64,000 nt of DNA from an uncultured Planctomycetaceae bacterium. GTDB lineage: Bacteria; Planctomycetota; Planctomycetia; Pirellulales; PALSA-1355. Every line of letters starts with the position of its first letter. Position 1 is the stretch's first letter. Of the stretch, positions 1 to 11,636 are shown one piece after another. Made by a program: the position numbers and the translations under genes. Under the pieces are notes generated by a model. That model was not told where the DNA came from, did not search any database, and saw nothing but the letters and a program-made list of their open reading frames with translations. The DNA lies in assembly GCA_963785305.1 (NCBI GenBank), contig CAWAUV010000008.1, positions 32,001 through 96,000 of the forward strand, in the 5' to 3' direction.

Positions 1-1490
<1,490 letters not shown>

Positions 1491-1523
1491 CGAGTTCCTT
1501 TCGCCGCGGACGAAACCGGGCGA

Positions 1524-1559
1524 GCCCTCACCCTCCCCTCTCCCGTACGGGGAGAGGGC
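1524..1559. repeat. REP-like palindrome, CCCTCTCCC..GGGAGAGGG family
   Basis: gccctcaccctcccctctcccgtacggggagagggc; related copies at 5621-5699 and 47533-47567. Confidence 0.7.
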
Positions 1560-1720
1560 GTCGTCGGATAGGCTCTTGAGAATTTGGCGTTACGGGCCCT
1601 TCATCATTCTGTGCCGGAGCCCGACTAAAGTCGAGCGCCCCTCGGCAGGTTCCACATCGTGGCGGGAGGTTCGACGCGGGAATAACACGCTCGCGGGGCG
1701 CCGCGAGGAGCGCCGGACAT

Positions 1721-1749
1721 TTGACAAGGCCCCCGGCGATAGATAACTT
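1721..1749 (+). promoter_or_regulatory. Putative sigma70-type promoter for the pilus locus
   Basis: TTGACA (1721-1726), 17-nt spacer, TAACTT (1744-1749), about 260 nt upstream of the pilB ATG. Confidence 0.45.
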
Positions 1750-2006
1750 GAACATACAAGGGGTTACGTCTTTTCGGATGCGATACGGCATTCTGCTTGC
1801 CAGTCAAGTTGTAGTGAAACCGGTCTCGCGCGGGCACGGGTGTCGGCAGTTCGTTTTTCGGCGCGCACCGCCTCCCGGCATTTTTCCCAAGCCCCCGGCG
1901 CTGCCAGTCTTTTCTCGTCTTGCCCGCACAAAATCGCGACTTTCGAGCGGGCGTAGCCCGTGCTGGGCCTTTTTCGTTTTTCCTTAGTCCCGGAATCCTG
2001 AACGTC

Positions 2007-3715
2007 ATGGTTCGTAAACGCGACTTCTTCGACATTCTCATTAGCCAAGGCATTCTTCAGCGCCGAGCAGGTCAAAGAGGCCCAGCGCGTCGCAAAAAAC
2101 TCGAACAAGACCCTCCACGACACCATCGTCCAACTCGGCTACGCCGCGGGCGACGAGGTGATGCGCACCCTGGCCGAGGAACACGGCCTCGACTTCGTGA
2201 ATCTCAAGGAAGTCGTGATTCCGCCATCGGTCGTGGAATTGGTGCCCGAGTCCGTGGCCCGCGAAAACGCCATTTTGCCCATGTCGGAGTCCGATGGCGT
2301 GCTGAAGGTGATCGTGAGCGATCCGGGCGATCTCGACACGTTCGACAAGCTGCGGTTCATTCTCAACTGCACGGTCGAGATCGCGCTTGCCCCGCGCAAC
2401 AGCATCGTCGAGGCGATCAACAAATACTATGGCCAGATGGACGATCAGAGCGCCGACTCGATGCTCCAGGAATTCACCGACACGGCGATCGATTTCACCG
2501 AAACCGAGCAAGAATCGAGCGGCGCCGATGAAGTGGTCGATGAGACCAGCGCCGATCGTGCGACTCGTGCAACTCGTGATTAGCGAGGCCGTGCAATTGC
2601 GGGCCTCCAACATCCATGTCGAGCCGTTCGAGGACCGGGTGCGGATTCGCTACCGGATCGACGGTGTGCTGGTCGAGCGAGATAAAGTGCCCCGCCGCAT
2701 GTTGGGCGCCCTGCTCTCGCGCATCAAAATCTTGGCGAAGATGGACATCGCGGAACGCCGCCGCCCTCAAGACGGGCGCATCAAAGTCACGGTGGGTGAC
2801 AAAGAGCTCGATCTGAGAGTTAGCGTTTTGCCAACAAACCACGGTCAGTCCTGTGTGATGCGACTGCTGGACAAAGACAATATCAAGGTGGGCGTGCGTC
2901 AGCTTGGTCTCTCGGACGAAGACTTCCGGCAATTCAAAGGTCTGATTCGGCGGCCCAACGGCATCATCCTCGTGACCGGTCCGACCGGTTCCGGCAAGAC
3001 CACGACTCTCTATGCCGCGCTCAACGAGCTGAATCGCCCGGACCGCAAGATCATCACGGCCGAGGACCCGGTCGAATATTACCTGCCGGGCATCAATCAG
3101 GTGGAGGTAAAGCACAGTATCGGGCTCGACTTTGCGAGGATCATTCGCTCGATGCTGCGGCAGGCGCCCAATGTGATCTTGGTGGGCGAGATGCGCGATG
3201 CCGAGACGGCTCAGATGGGAATCCAGGCTTCTTTGACTGGACACTTAGTATTCAGTACACTGCATACGAACGATGCGCCCGGCGCCATTACACGCATGGT
3301 CGACATGGGTGTTCCCGCTTATCTGGTCGCCAGCAGTGTGATGGCAGTGCTCGCCCAGCGGTTGGTGCGCGTGAATTGCGTGAAATGTAAACAACCTTAT
3401 ACCCCGAGTGAGGCGGCGCTCGAAGCGGCCGGCATCACACACGAAATGGCGGCCAAAGCCACGTTCATGAAGGGCAGGGGCTGCAACAATTGCAGTCGGA
3501 AAGGCTTTCGCGGACGCCTCGGCATCTTCGAGCTGATGATGATGACGAGCCGAATCCGCGAGCTTTCCTTCCAGGGAGCGCCCACGCAGGAGCTGCGGCG
3601 CGCGGCCATAGCTCAAGGAATGTCAACACTTTACGACGACGGAATCAAAAAAGTCCTTCGCGGAATCACCACGCCCGAAGAAGTGATGCGCGTGGCGAAG
3701 AAAGTCGAGCACTAA
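2007..3715 (+). CDS. pilB: Type IV pilus assembly ATPase, PilB/GspE family, copy 1 (apparent frameshifts near 2058 and 2550)
   Basis: Three overlapping ORF fragments join into one protein; Walker A GPTGSGKTTT, AEDPVEY, LRQAPNVILVGEMRD, STLHTND, two CxxC zinc motifs. Confidence 0.92.
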
Positions 3716-4126
3716 GGCAGCCTAGACTCGCGAGGTCGATGGCGTTTCGCGACGAATCGCGTCGCATCGCAGTTTAGCCTCGGCTTAGAAACACGAACGG
3801 CGATCGTTGCCCGCCCTGCCGCAAGAAGCCGGCGACCAATGGCGGGCGGCTCTCGATCGCCTTGGAGCGGGGTGATAGTGCGAAGCTGCTCAAACTCGGA
3901 TGAATCGCCGGCCGCTTGGAGACCTCACCCATGGCGGTCGAGGGCGAATTCGAATTTGTGAGAATATTGGCAGTGCGATTTTGCTCGCTCGGCAATGTTG
4001 CGAATAATCAACAGCGCTCATCCGCCAGACGCGAATCGCCGCGAGCGGGTTCGTGATGGGCGCACGGAACAGCTCATCGAAGGGCCCCGCTTCCAAGGGG
4101 CAAGTGTTCGCGGCGAAAACGCGTGG

Positions 4127-4183
4127 CGACAAAACCAAACGACAAAACCAAACGACAAAACCAAGCGACAAAACCAAGCGACA
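4127..4183 (+). repeat. 13-bp tandem repeat, 4.4 copies (CGACAAAACCAAR)
   Basis: Units start at 4127, 4140, 4153, 4166, 4179 in the pilB-pilT intergenic region. Confidence 0.9.
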
Positions 4184-4437
4184 GGGCAAATCTCCGGGCC
4201 AAGGGGCCGCTGGGCCAAGAGGCTAGGCGGCTCGATCGGAGCGCTCGTCGCGGGGCAATTGCCGCCGGTCGCTGTCGCGCGGCGCGAAGTCATCGCGGCG
4301 CGCTCGGTAGTTGAGTGGCCGGTCCGTTTGCCAATGCCAATTGCCAGTGCCAACGGCGCGCCGCTCCAACGAGCAAAAACAAATCACTCCGCGATAACCC
4401 GACCGAGACGATACTCCGACCTACACGACAGGCGCCG

Positions 4438-5601
4438 ATGGCCACTACTTCGACCACCAATTCGACCGACGTAATTCTGATCGACAAGCTGCTGCACGCC
4501 GTGGTGAAGCAGGGCGCTAGCGACTTGCATCTGACCGTCGGCCAGCCACCGGTGATTCGTCACGATGGTCACATGAAAAAACTCCAGACCAAGTCGCTGG
4601 AGAATGCCGATATGGTCGGCCTGATGAAAAGCATCACGCCCGATCGCTGCCAACAGGAACTGCAATCGGTCGGCGGCACCGACTTCGGATTTGCGTTTGG
4701 CGATTTGGCTCGATTTCGAGTGTCGGTGTTCAAGCAGCGCGGCAATATCGCCATGGTGCTGCGGCAGATTCCGAACAAGCTGCTGAATATGAAGCAGTTG
4801 GGCCTGCCGCCGGTGTGCGAAAAACTCATCATGCGTCCGCGTGGACTATTTCTCGTGACGGGTCCGACCGGCTCGGGCAAGAGCACGTCGCTGGCCAGCA
4901 TGATCAACTACATCAACGAGACCGTCGATCATCACATCATCACGATCGAAGACCCGATCGAGTTTTACCATCCGAACAAGAAGTCGACGGTGAACCAGCG
5001 CGAGGTGGGCGTCGATGTGCCGAGCTTTTCCGAAGCGCTGCGGCGAGCCTTGCGGCAAGACCCCGACGTGATCCTGGTGGGCGAGCTGCGCGACCTGGAA
5101 ACGATCGAAGCCGCGATTTCCGCCGCCGAGACCGGCCACGTGGTGTTCGGCACCCTGCACACAACCGGCGCCACCGGCACCGTGAACCGCATTATCGACG
5201 TGTTTCCGACCAGCCAGCAAGAACAGATTCGCACCCAACTTTCGACCTCGATCATCGGAGTGCTTTCGCAAACCCTGCTGCCCAAGATCGGCGGCGGTCG
5301 CTGCGCGGCTTACGAGATGTTGGTGGTCACGCCGGCGATCGGCAACCTGATTCGCGAAAACAAGACATTCCGCATCACGTCGGCGATTCAAACCGGCGCC
5401 AAGCTGGGCATGAACCTGCTCGACGACGCGCTCTTCAACCTCTGGCGCGATGGCAAGGTGCTCAAGGAAGACGTGCTCGTCAAGGCGGCCACGCCCGACG
5501 AACTCCTCAAGCGCATCGCCAACGCCGAGCGCGGCATGTTCGACGATGAGGACGACGACGACGGAAAGGATAAAGGCAAGGACGATCGCAAAGGGCATTA
5601 A
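4438..5601 (+). CDS. pilT: Type IV pilus retraction ATPase PilT
   Basis: ASDLHL, GPTGSGKSTSLA, TIEDPIEF, ALRQDPDVILVGELRD, TLHT, AIGNLIRE motif; acidic C-terminal tail. Confidence 0.96.
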   Translation: MATTSTTNSTDVILIDKLLHAVVKQGASDLHLTVGQPPVIRHDGHMKKLQTKSLENADMVGLMKSITPDRCQQELQSVGGTDFGFAFGDLARFRVSVFKQRGNIAMVLRQIPNKLLNMKQLGLPPVCEKLIMRPRGLFLVTGPTGSGKSTSLASMINYINETVDHHIITIEDPIEFYHPNKKSTVNQREVGVDVPSFSEALRRALRQDPDVILVGELRDLETIEAAISAAETGHVVFGTLHTTGATGTVNRIIDVFPTSQQEQIRTQLSTSIIGVLSQTLLPKIGGGRCAAYEMLVVTPAIGNLIRENKTFRITSAIQTGAKLGMNLLDDALFNLWRDGKVLKEDVLVKAATPDELLKRIANAERGMFDDEDDDDGKDKGKDDRKGH

Positions 5602-5620
5602 CTGCCTACCCGGCGACTCG

Positions 5621-5699
5621 CCCTCTCCCCTTTTGGAAGAGGGTAGGGCGGAGGCTCAACGAAATTCTCTCGACATGGCCTCTCCCAAGAGCGGGAGAG
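5621..5699. repeat. REP-like palindrome pair, CCCTCTCCC family
   Basis: ccctctcccc..ggaagaggg and cctctccc..gggagag immediately after the pilT stop. Confidence 0.55.
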
Positions 5700-5766
5700 C
5701 AACGAATACGAAAACGGCTCGATTGTTCGGCGCATTTCTCGCTTCACTTCCTTGGGATCGCTACTC

Positions 5767-7484
5767 ATGGCCATGCGGCGGATCGGTCAGATTCTGGTCG
5801 ACTTGGGGTTCATCACCGACGAGCAGCTTGAAATGCTGCTCGAGGACCAGCAGCGTCGGCCCGGGCAATTGCTCGGCAAAATGGCCGAGACCATGGGCCT
5901 CGTGTCCGACGACCAGTTGGCCCAGGCGCTGGCCGAGCAGTGGAATATGCAGGTCGTGTCGCTCGGTCAGACCTCGATTCCACCGCAAGTGCTGACCTAT
6001 GTCACGGAGCCGATGGCGCAGATGTATCGCATCGTGCCGATCAGCTTCCGCGACAACACGCTCACGATCGCCACGAGCGAGCCGCAGAACCTGGCGGTGC
6101 AAGACGAACTGCGCACCTTTCTGGGCTACGAAATCCGTTCGGTGGTGACGACCGAGCGCGAAATCAAGGATGCGCTCAACCGCTACTACTCGTCGAACTC
6201 CGAGAGTGTCGAGACCCTGGTCGCGAGCCTGGAAGACGACAAGGAACTCGAGGAACAGGCGGCCGCCGCGATGCGCGCCAGGGCGCACGACCTCACCGAT
6301 GTCGAAGCCCTGGCCGATACGCGCCGGTGCGCAAGCTGCTCAACATGGTGCTCTTGCTCGCGATCAAGGACCACGCGAGCGACTTGCACTTCGAGCCCTT
6401 CGAAGACGAATTTCGCATTCGCCTCAAGGCCGATGGGGTGCTGTTCGAAATGGTGCCGCCGCCGCGCCATTTGGCTTTCGCCATCACTACCCGAATCAAG
6501 GTCATGGCCAACCTCGATATCGCCGAGCGCCGCATGCCGCAAGACGGCCGCATCGAGCTCACGCTGGCCGGAATGCCCGTCGACTTGCGCGTGTCGGTGT
6601 TGCCCACGATGTTTGGCGAGAGCGTCGTGATGCGGGTGCTCGATCGCTCGGTCGTGTCGCTCGACATCACCAAGGTCGGCATGGACGCGCCCACGCTCAA
6701 GGTATTTCGCGAGGTGATGCGAAAACCGAACGGCATCATCCTCGTGACCGGCCCGACGGGCTCGGGCAAGACCACCACGCTCTACTCTGCCCTCAGCGAG
6801 TTGAACGAAGTCACCGATAAGCTGATCACGACCGAGGACCCGATCGAATACGATATCGACGGCATCGTGCAGGTGCCGATCGACGCGGGCATCGGCAACA
6901 CCTTCGCCGCGTGTCTGCGGGCCATTTTGCGGCAAGACCCCGACCGAATCCTAGTCGGCGAGATTCGCGACCTGGAAACCGCCGAGATCGCCATTCAGGC
7001 CTCGCTCACCGGCCACACCGTGTTCAGCACGCTACATACGAACGACGCTCCCGGCACCGTGACCCGCTTGCGCGACATGGGCATTCCGCCGTTTTTGATC
7101 ACGGCCACGGTCGAGGGAATTCTGGCGCAGCGGCTCGTGCGGCGCATCTGCGCGGGCTGCCGCGAGATCACCACGCCCACCGGCGACACGCTGGCCGAGC
7201 TCGACATGACCACCGCCGACATCGCCGGCAAGACATTTTATCGCGGGCGCGGGTGCGATTCGTGCAACAGCACCGGCTACAAAGGCCGCGTGGGCCTCTT
7301 CGAGCTGATGATCATGAACGATGACCTCCGCGACATGATTATGCGCAACGCCTCGACCGACGAGCTGCGCGAGGCCGCCCGAGGCTATGGCATGGTCACC
7401 CTGCGCGACGCCGGCATGAAAGCCGCCTACGACGGGCTCACCACCCTGGAGGAAGTCGTGCGCGAGACCGTGATGGAAGCATAG
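5767..7484 (+). CDS. pilB: Type IV pilus assembly ATPase, PilB/GspE family, copy 2, with MshEN domain (apparent frameshift near 6320)
   Basis: N-terminal RIGQILVDLGFITDEQLEMLLEDQ motif; GPTGSGKTTT, TEDPIEY, LRQDPDRILVGEIRD, STLHTND, two CxxC. Confidence 0.93.
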
Positions 7485-7561
7485 TTTCAAGAATCCGCAA
7501 TAGAGTCGACGACGTATCGCTTTTACCGTATCACTTCACTCTGCCAACCGCGGGTATCCCC

Positions 7562-8893
7562 ATGCCGCATTATCAATTCGAGGCGATGGACGCCAAGGGC
7601 CAGGAATTCAAGGACGTAATCGAGGCGTCGACCGAGGAGGAAGCGCAGGCGACAATCCGCCAGTTGGGGTACTATGTCACCAAGATCTCGATCAAGAAAA
7701 GCAAGAAGAAGGCGGAGACCAAGAAAGGCGGCGGCCGGCAACGGACCTTTGCCTTTGGCGGCGTCAATACCCGTGTGCTCTGCACCTTCACCCGGCAGCT
7801 CTCGATTCTGCAAGACGCCGGTTTGCCGATCCTGCGCAGCCTCAAAATCCTGGAAACGCAGCAAACTCCAGGGCGAATGAAGAATTCGCTGATGGATGTG
7901 TGCGACGAGATCGAGGGCGGCTCGACTCTTTCGGAGTCGATGGCCAAGGCGCCCAAGGCGTTTGACCGGCTCTATGTCAACATGATCAAGGCCGGCGAGG
8001 CGGGCGGCGCCTTGGAACTGATTCTCAAACGCTTGGCCGACTTTCAAGAGCGGTCGCAAAAACTCCGGCGCAAGATCAAGGGCGCCATGGTCTATCCGGT
8101 CGTGGTGGTGAGCGTGGCCGTCGGTATCTTGACCTTCATCATGATCAAGATCGTGCCCTCGTTCGAAAAGATCTTCAAGGATTTCAATATCAAGCTGCCC
8201 ACGATGACGATCGTGCTCGTCAATATCTCGCATGCGGCGGTCAACTACTGGTGGGCGATTCCGGCGATTCCGTTTTCGCTCGTGATGTTCATCAAGCTCA
8301 TCAAGAAGTTCAAGGCCGGCCGCGTGGGCTGGGATATGTTCACGCTCAAGATGCCGATCTTCGGCCAGTTGGTCGAGAAAAACATCCTCGCCCGCGGCAC
8401 GCGAACCCTGGGCACGCTCATCGCCAGCGGCGTGCCGATTTTGGAAGCGCTGAACATCACGCGAGAAACGACCGGCAACGCCCAGTTCGAATATTTGTTC
8501 GGCAAGGTCAGTGAATCGATCCGCGACGGCGAATCGATCGCCAAGCCGCTCAAGGACTTCTCGAAGATGAAGTTCCACCCGATGTGCGCGTTCTTCTGGG
8601 CATTCTTCTGTGCGGGGCCGATCGGGCTTCTGCTCTACTTGCGGCAAATGAACGGCCGCATCGTCGACGATCTCACGGTGAACATGGTCGACGTGGGCGA
8701 GGAAACCGGCGAGCTCGACACGATGCTCTACAAAGTGGCCGACACGTTCGACGAAGAAGTCGCGGTGCTCACCGAAAGTTTGACGAGCCTGATGGAGCCG
8801 CTTTTGATCATCTTCCTGGGCGGCGCCGTGGGTTTCATCGTGATCGCGCTGTTCATGCCGCTCATCAAACTAATCGAAAGCTTGAGCAAATAA
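7562..8893 (+). CDS. pilC: Type IV pilus inner-membrane platform protein PilC (GspF family)
   Basis: FTRQLSILQDAGLPI, NMIKAGEAGGAL, KIKGAMVYP, NMVDVGEETGELD, EPLLIIFLG..IALFMP. Confidence 0.96.
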   Translation: MPHYQFEAMDAKGQEFKDVIEASTEEEAQATIRQLGYYVTKISIKKSKKKAETKKGGGRQRTFAFGGVNTRVLCTFTRQLSILQDAGLPILRSLKILETQQTPGRMKNSLMDVCDEIEGGSTLSESMAKAPKAFDRLYVNMIKAGEAGGALELILKRLADFQERSQKLRRKIKGAMVYPVVVVSVAVGILTFIMIKIVPSFEKIFKDFNIKLPTMTIVLVNISHAAVNYWWAIPAIPFSLVMFIKLIKKFKAGRVGWDMFTLKMPIFGQLVEKNILARGTRTLGTLIASGVPILEALNITRETTGNAQFEYLFGKVSESIRDGESIAKPLKDFSKMKFHPMCAFFWAFFCAGPIGLLLYLRQMNGRIVDDLTVNMVDVGEETGELDTMLYKVADTFDEEVAVLTESLTSLMEPLLIIFLGGAVGFIVIALFMPLIKLIESLSK

Positions 8894-8911
8894 CGAAAAG
8901 CGAGAAGCCTT

Positions 8912-9032
8912 TTCACCACAACGACACAACGGAATACAAAGAGGCGTTAAGAGGCAATCCAATGCCCGCCGCGAAGCATCCGGCCGAACTGCGTTTCCTC
9001 TTTCGTCGTGCCGTCGTGACCGTCGTGTTGAA
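8912..9032. repeat. Solo modular inverted repeat (CACCACAACGACACAACG..CGTCGTGACCGTCGTGTTG)
   Basis: Left arm ttcaccacaacgacacaacgg; right arm cgtcgtgccgtcgtgaccgtcgtgttgaa; same 8-9 nt module architecture as the large arrays. Confidence 0.65.
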
Positions 9033-9127
9033 TTCCTGGATTCGGTAATGCGTGGCGTTTGGCGTTGCTTGTCCATTTGATTTGATGTCGTTTCCGCTGG
9101 TCGGGGCCCTGTTTTAGGAGTTTTATA

Positions 9128-10144
9128 ATGGATCGCTGTTGCCAACAATCGGCCTCGCGCCGACGCGCGGCCCGGGGCTTTACGCTTATCGAAATGCTCG
9201 TCGTGATCGCCATCATCGGTGTCTTGGCCTCGCTCATTACCGTGGCGGCCATGAACGCGCTCGACACCAGCAAGCAAACCGCGATCAAGACCGAGCTCAA
9301 TCAAATCAACGACGCCTTCACGAATTTCAAGAATAAATACGGCGCCTATCCGCCCTGCGATCTGTCGTTTCCCAGCGGGCACCCGGCAAGCAATCCCGCG
9401 CTCCTGGCTTTCATTATGCAAGCCTTTCCGCGCTATAACACCGGCGGGCCACCGAACTATACGTATCTCGTCAACGACTGGACCAACCTCGGCATCGACC
9501 AAACGACGGCCCATCCCGATCGGGCGATCGTGTTCTGGCTCAGCGGCTTTAGCCCCGATGTGACCCAGCCCTTCAGCGGCGCCGGCGCTCGCACCCCGTT
9601 CTATCAATTCGATCAAACGCGGCTGATCGCGGCCGTGGCCACGCCCGGCTCTTGGCCGACCAACAACCTAAATCCCAATTACGGCTACTCGACCCAGTAT
9701 CAAATTGGCCAGTATGTCTATGTGCCGAAATACGGCGTCTTGTCACCCAATGCTCCCTACGCCTATATCGACGCCGGCCACTATGGCGCCCTCGGCTCGA
9801 GCCCGCAAATCTCGCTCACCTCGTCGCTGAGCTCATCGCCCAATCAGCCGTTCACGATCTACGATTCCACGGGCACGTCGCACGGCATCGCGGCCGCCTA
9901 TGTGCAAGACCTGCAGAACTTGGGAAACTATAGCGGCCCCGCCGCCGCCTATCAGTTCTGCAACCCCACCACGTTTCAAATCCTCTCGGCCGGCCAAGAC
10001 GGTCAGTTCGGCATTCCGAGTCAATCGACGTTTCCCAACGGACGTTTGTATTACACCGGCTACGGCTACAGCCTCGACGGCTCCGATACCGACAATGTCA
10101 CGAATTTCTGCGACCGGTCGCGCCTCGGCGACGCGATTCCCTGA
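9128..10144 (+). CDS. Prepilin-type (type IV pilin/pseudopilin) protein 1
   Basis: RRRAARG|FTLIEMLVVIAIIGVLASL class III signal; RBS AGGAG; C-terminal FQILSAGQDGQFG..DNVTNF. Confidence 0.93.
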   Translation: MDRCCQQSASRRRAARGFTLIEMLVVIAIIGVLASLITVAAMNALDTSKQTAIKTELNQINDAFTNFKNKYGAYPPCDLSFPSGHPASNPALLAFIMQAFPRYNTGGPPNYTYLVNDWTNLGIDQTTAHPDRAIVFWLSGFSPDVTQPFSGAGARTPFYQFDQTRLIAAVATPGSWPTNNLNPNYGYSTQYQIGQYVYVPKYGVLSPNAPYAYIDAGHYGALGSSPQISLTSSLSSSPNQPFTIYDSTGTSHGIAAAYVQDLQNLGNYSGPAAAYQFCNPTTFQILSAGQDGQFGIPSQSTFPNGRLYYTGYGYSLDGSDTDNVTNFCDRSRLGDAIP

Positions 10145-10170
10145 TGTCTCGGGGCCGGCGGCGAAGAAGG

Positions 10171-10412
10171 TTGGCCACGGAAACGCACGGAAGGCCACGG
10201 AAAATGCGGAATGCTTGTTGGGCGTTTTTTCCGCCTCCCTTTTCCGTGTTCTTCCGTGTTCTTCCGTGGCTAAAAAATCTCCGGCGCCTTGGTCGGCGGT
10301 GAAGAGGAAGTAGAAGAAGAATTTGGCCACGGAAACGCACGGAAGGGCACGGAAAAATGCGGGAGATGTGGGGGGCGATGGTTGGGTTCCCTGTTCCGTG
10401 TGCTTCGGTGGC
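10171..10412. repeat. Two modular inverted repeats of the GCCACGGAA family
   Basis: ttggccacggaaacgcacggaag..ttccgtgttcttccgtggct (10171-10271) and a second copy at 10323-10412. Confidence 0.85.
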
Positions 10413-10451
10413 ACAAAATAGTTCATTTCAGACACTCAAGCGGCCCATGCC

Positions 10452-11635
10452 ATGCGACCCCTGCGATTGAAACCGAGCAATAAGCGAACGAGCGAGCGGC
10501 GGCCGGGGGGCTTTACCTTGGTCGAGCTGTTGGTCGTGATCGCGATTATCGCGATTCTGGCCAGCCTGTTTTTGGCGGGCATGTCGGTCACGGCCGAATC
10601 GGCGCGGGTGCAAAAGACGCAGGCCCTGATCGCCAAGATCAACAACATCATCATGGCCCGCTGGGAAACCTACCGCACCCGGCGCGTGCCGATCACGGTC
10701 GGCACGACGCCGTTGTTTCAGAGCTACTATGCCAGCTCGAGTAACTTTCCAAATGCCCCGCTTAAGACCGTGGTTGCGGCCCAGCGGCTCGACGCCTTGC
10801 GGGAGCTCATGCGGCTCGAAATGCCCCAGGTTTGGACCGATGTCACCTACATGCCGTACGGCACGACATCGCCTCCGGTGTCGTCGAGCTATTTCACTTC
10901 CTCGGGCTCCCCACCGAATCTATTTGCGATGTCCTATTCGATTAGCAGCGGTTCGGTCACGCCAAACGCCTATGGGCAAGCCCCGCCCTCGCCGTGGCTG
11001 GCCTATGCGCGGAAATATGCCACGATCCGCGCGAGCCATCCCAGCGTCGACCCGGCCTCGTCCAACGCCAACGCCGAATGTCTCTACATGATCTGCACCA
11101 CCGGCGTGAGCGACGAGCTCAGTGGCCAAGACCTATTCTCCGCCGATGAATTCGCCGACACCGATCAAGACGGTTTCCCCGAATTCATCGACGCCTGGGG
11201 CACCCCGATTATGTTCTTCCGCTGGGCGCCCGGATTCGTCTCGGAACTCCAACCCGGCTGGCGCAGGTGCAATACAACCTAGCGAATTCCTCGGCCCCTC
11301 AAGAAATTGCTCCCGACCCATTCGATCCGCAGCATGTGTATCCAAACACGACGCTCAAATACAACGCGCAGGGCGAAGTCGAATTCGCGCTCTATCCGCT
11401 CATCGTTTCCGCGGGACCGGATAAAGCGTTCGACATCGTGCTCAACGATGTCAGCGCTTCGACGCCGATTATTTATGGGCTCGTGAACAACGACCCCTTC
11501 TACAGCACGGTGTCGTCCAATGTGCATAACACGTCCGCGTACCTCGGGCCCGACGGCGCCGTCGCCGACGCCAACGCCAACGGCATTCTCGAATACGTCG
11601 ACAATATCCACAATCATTTGATGGGAACCAAGTAA
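10452..11635 (+). CDS. Prepilin-type protein 2 (apparent frameshift near 11260)
   Basis: RRPGG|FTLVELLVVIAIIAILASL; DTDQDGFPEFIDAWGTP; continues in the next frame to LYPLIVSAGPD..DNIHNH. Confidence 0.88.
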
Positions 11636-11636
11636 C

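Noticed and set aside
4095..4235. c-di-GMP-I riboswitch upstream of pilT
   Set aside because: Only loose GGCAA/GAAA/GCAAA fragments, interrupted by the 13-bp repeat; paired regions not convincing without an Rfam search
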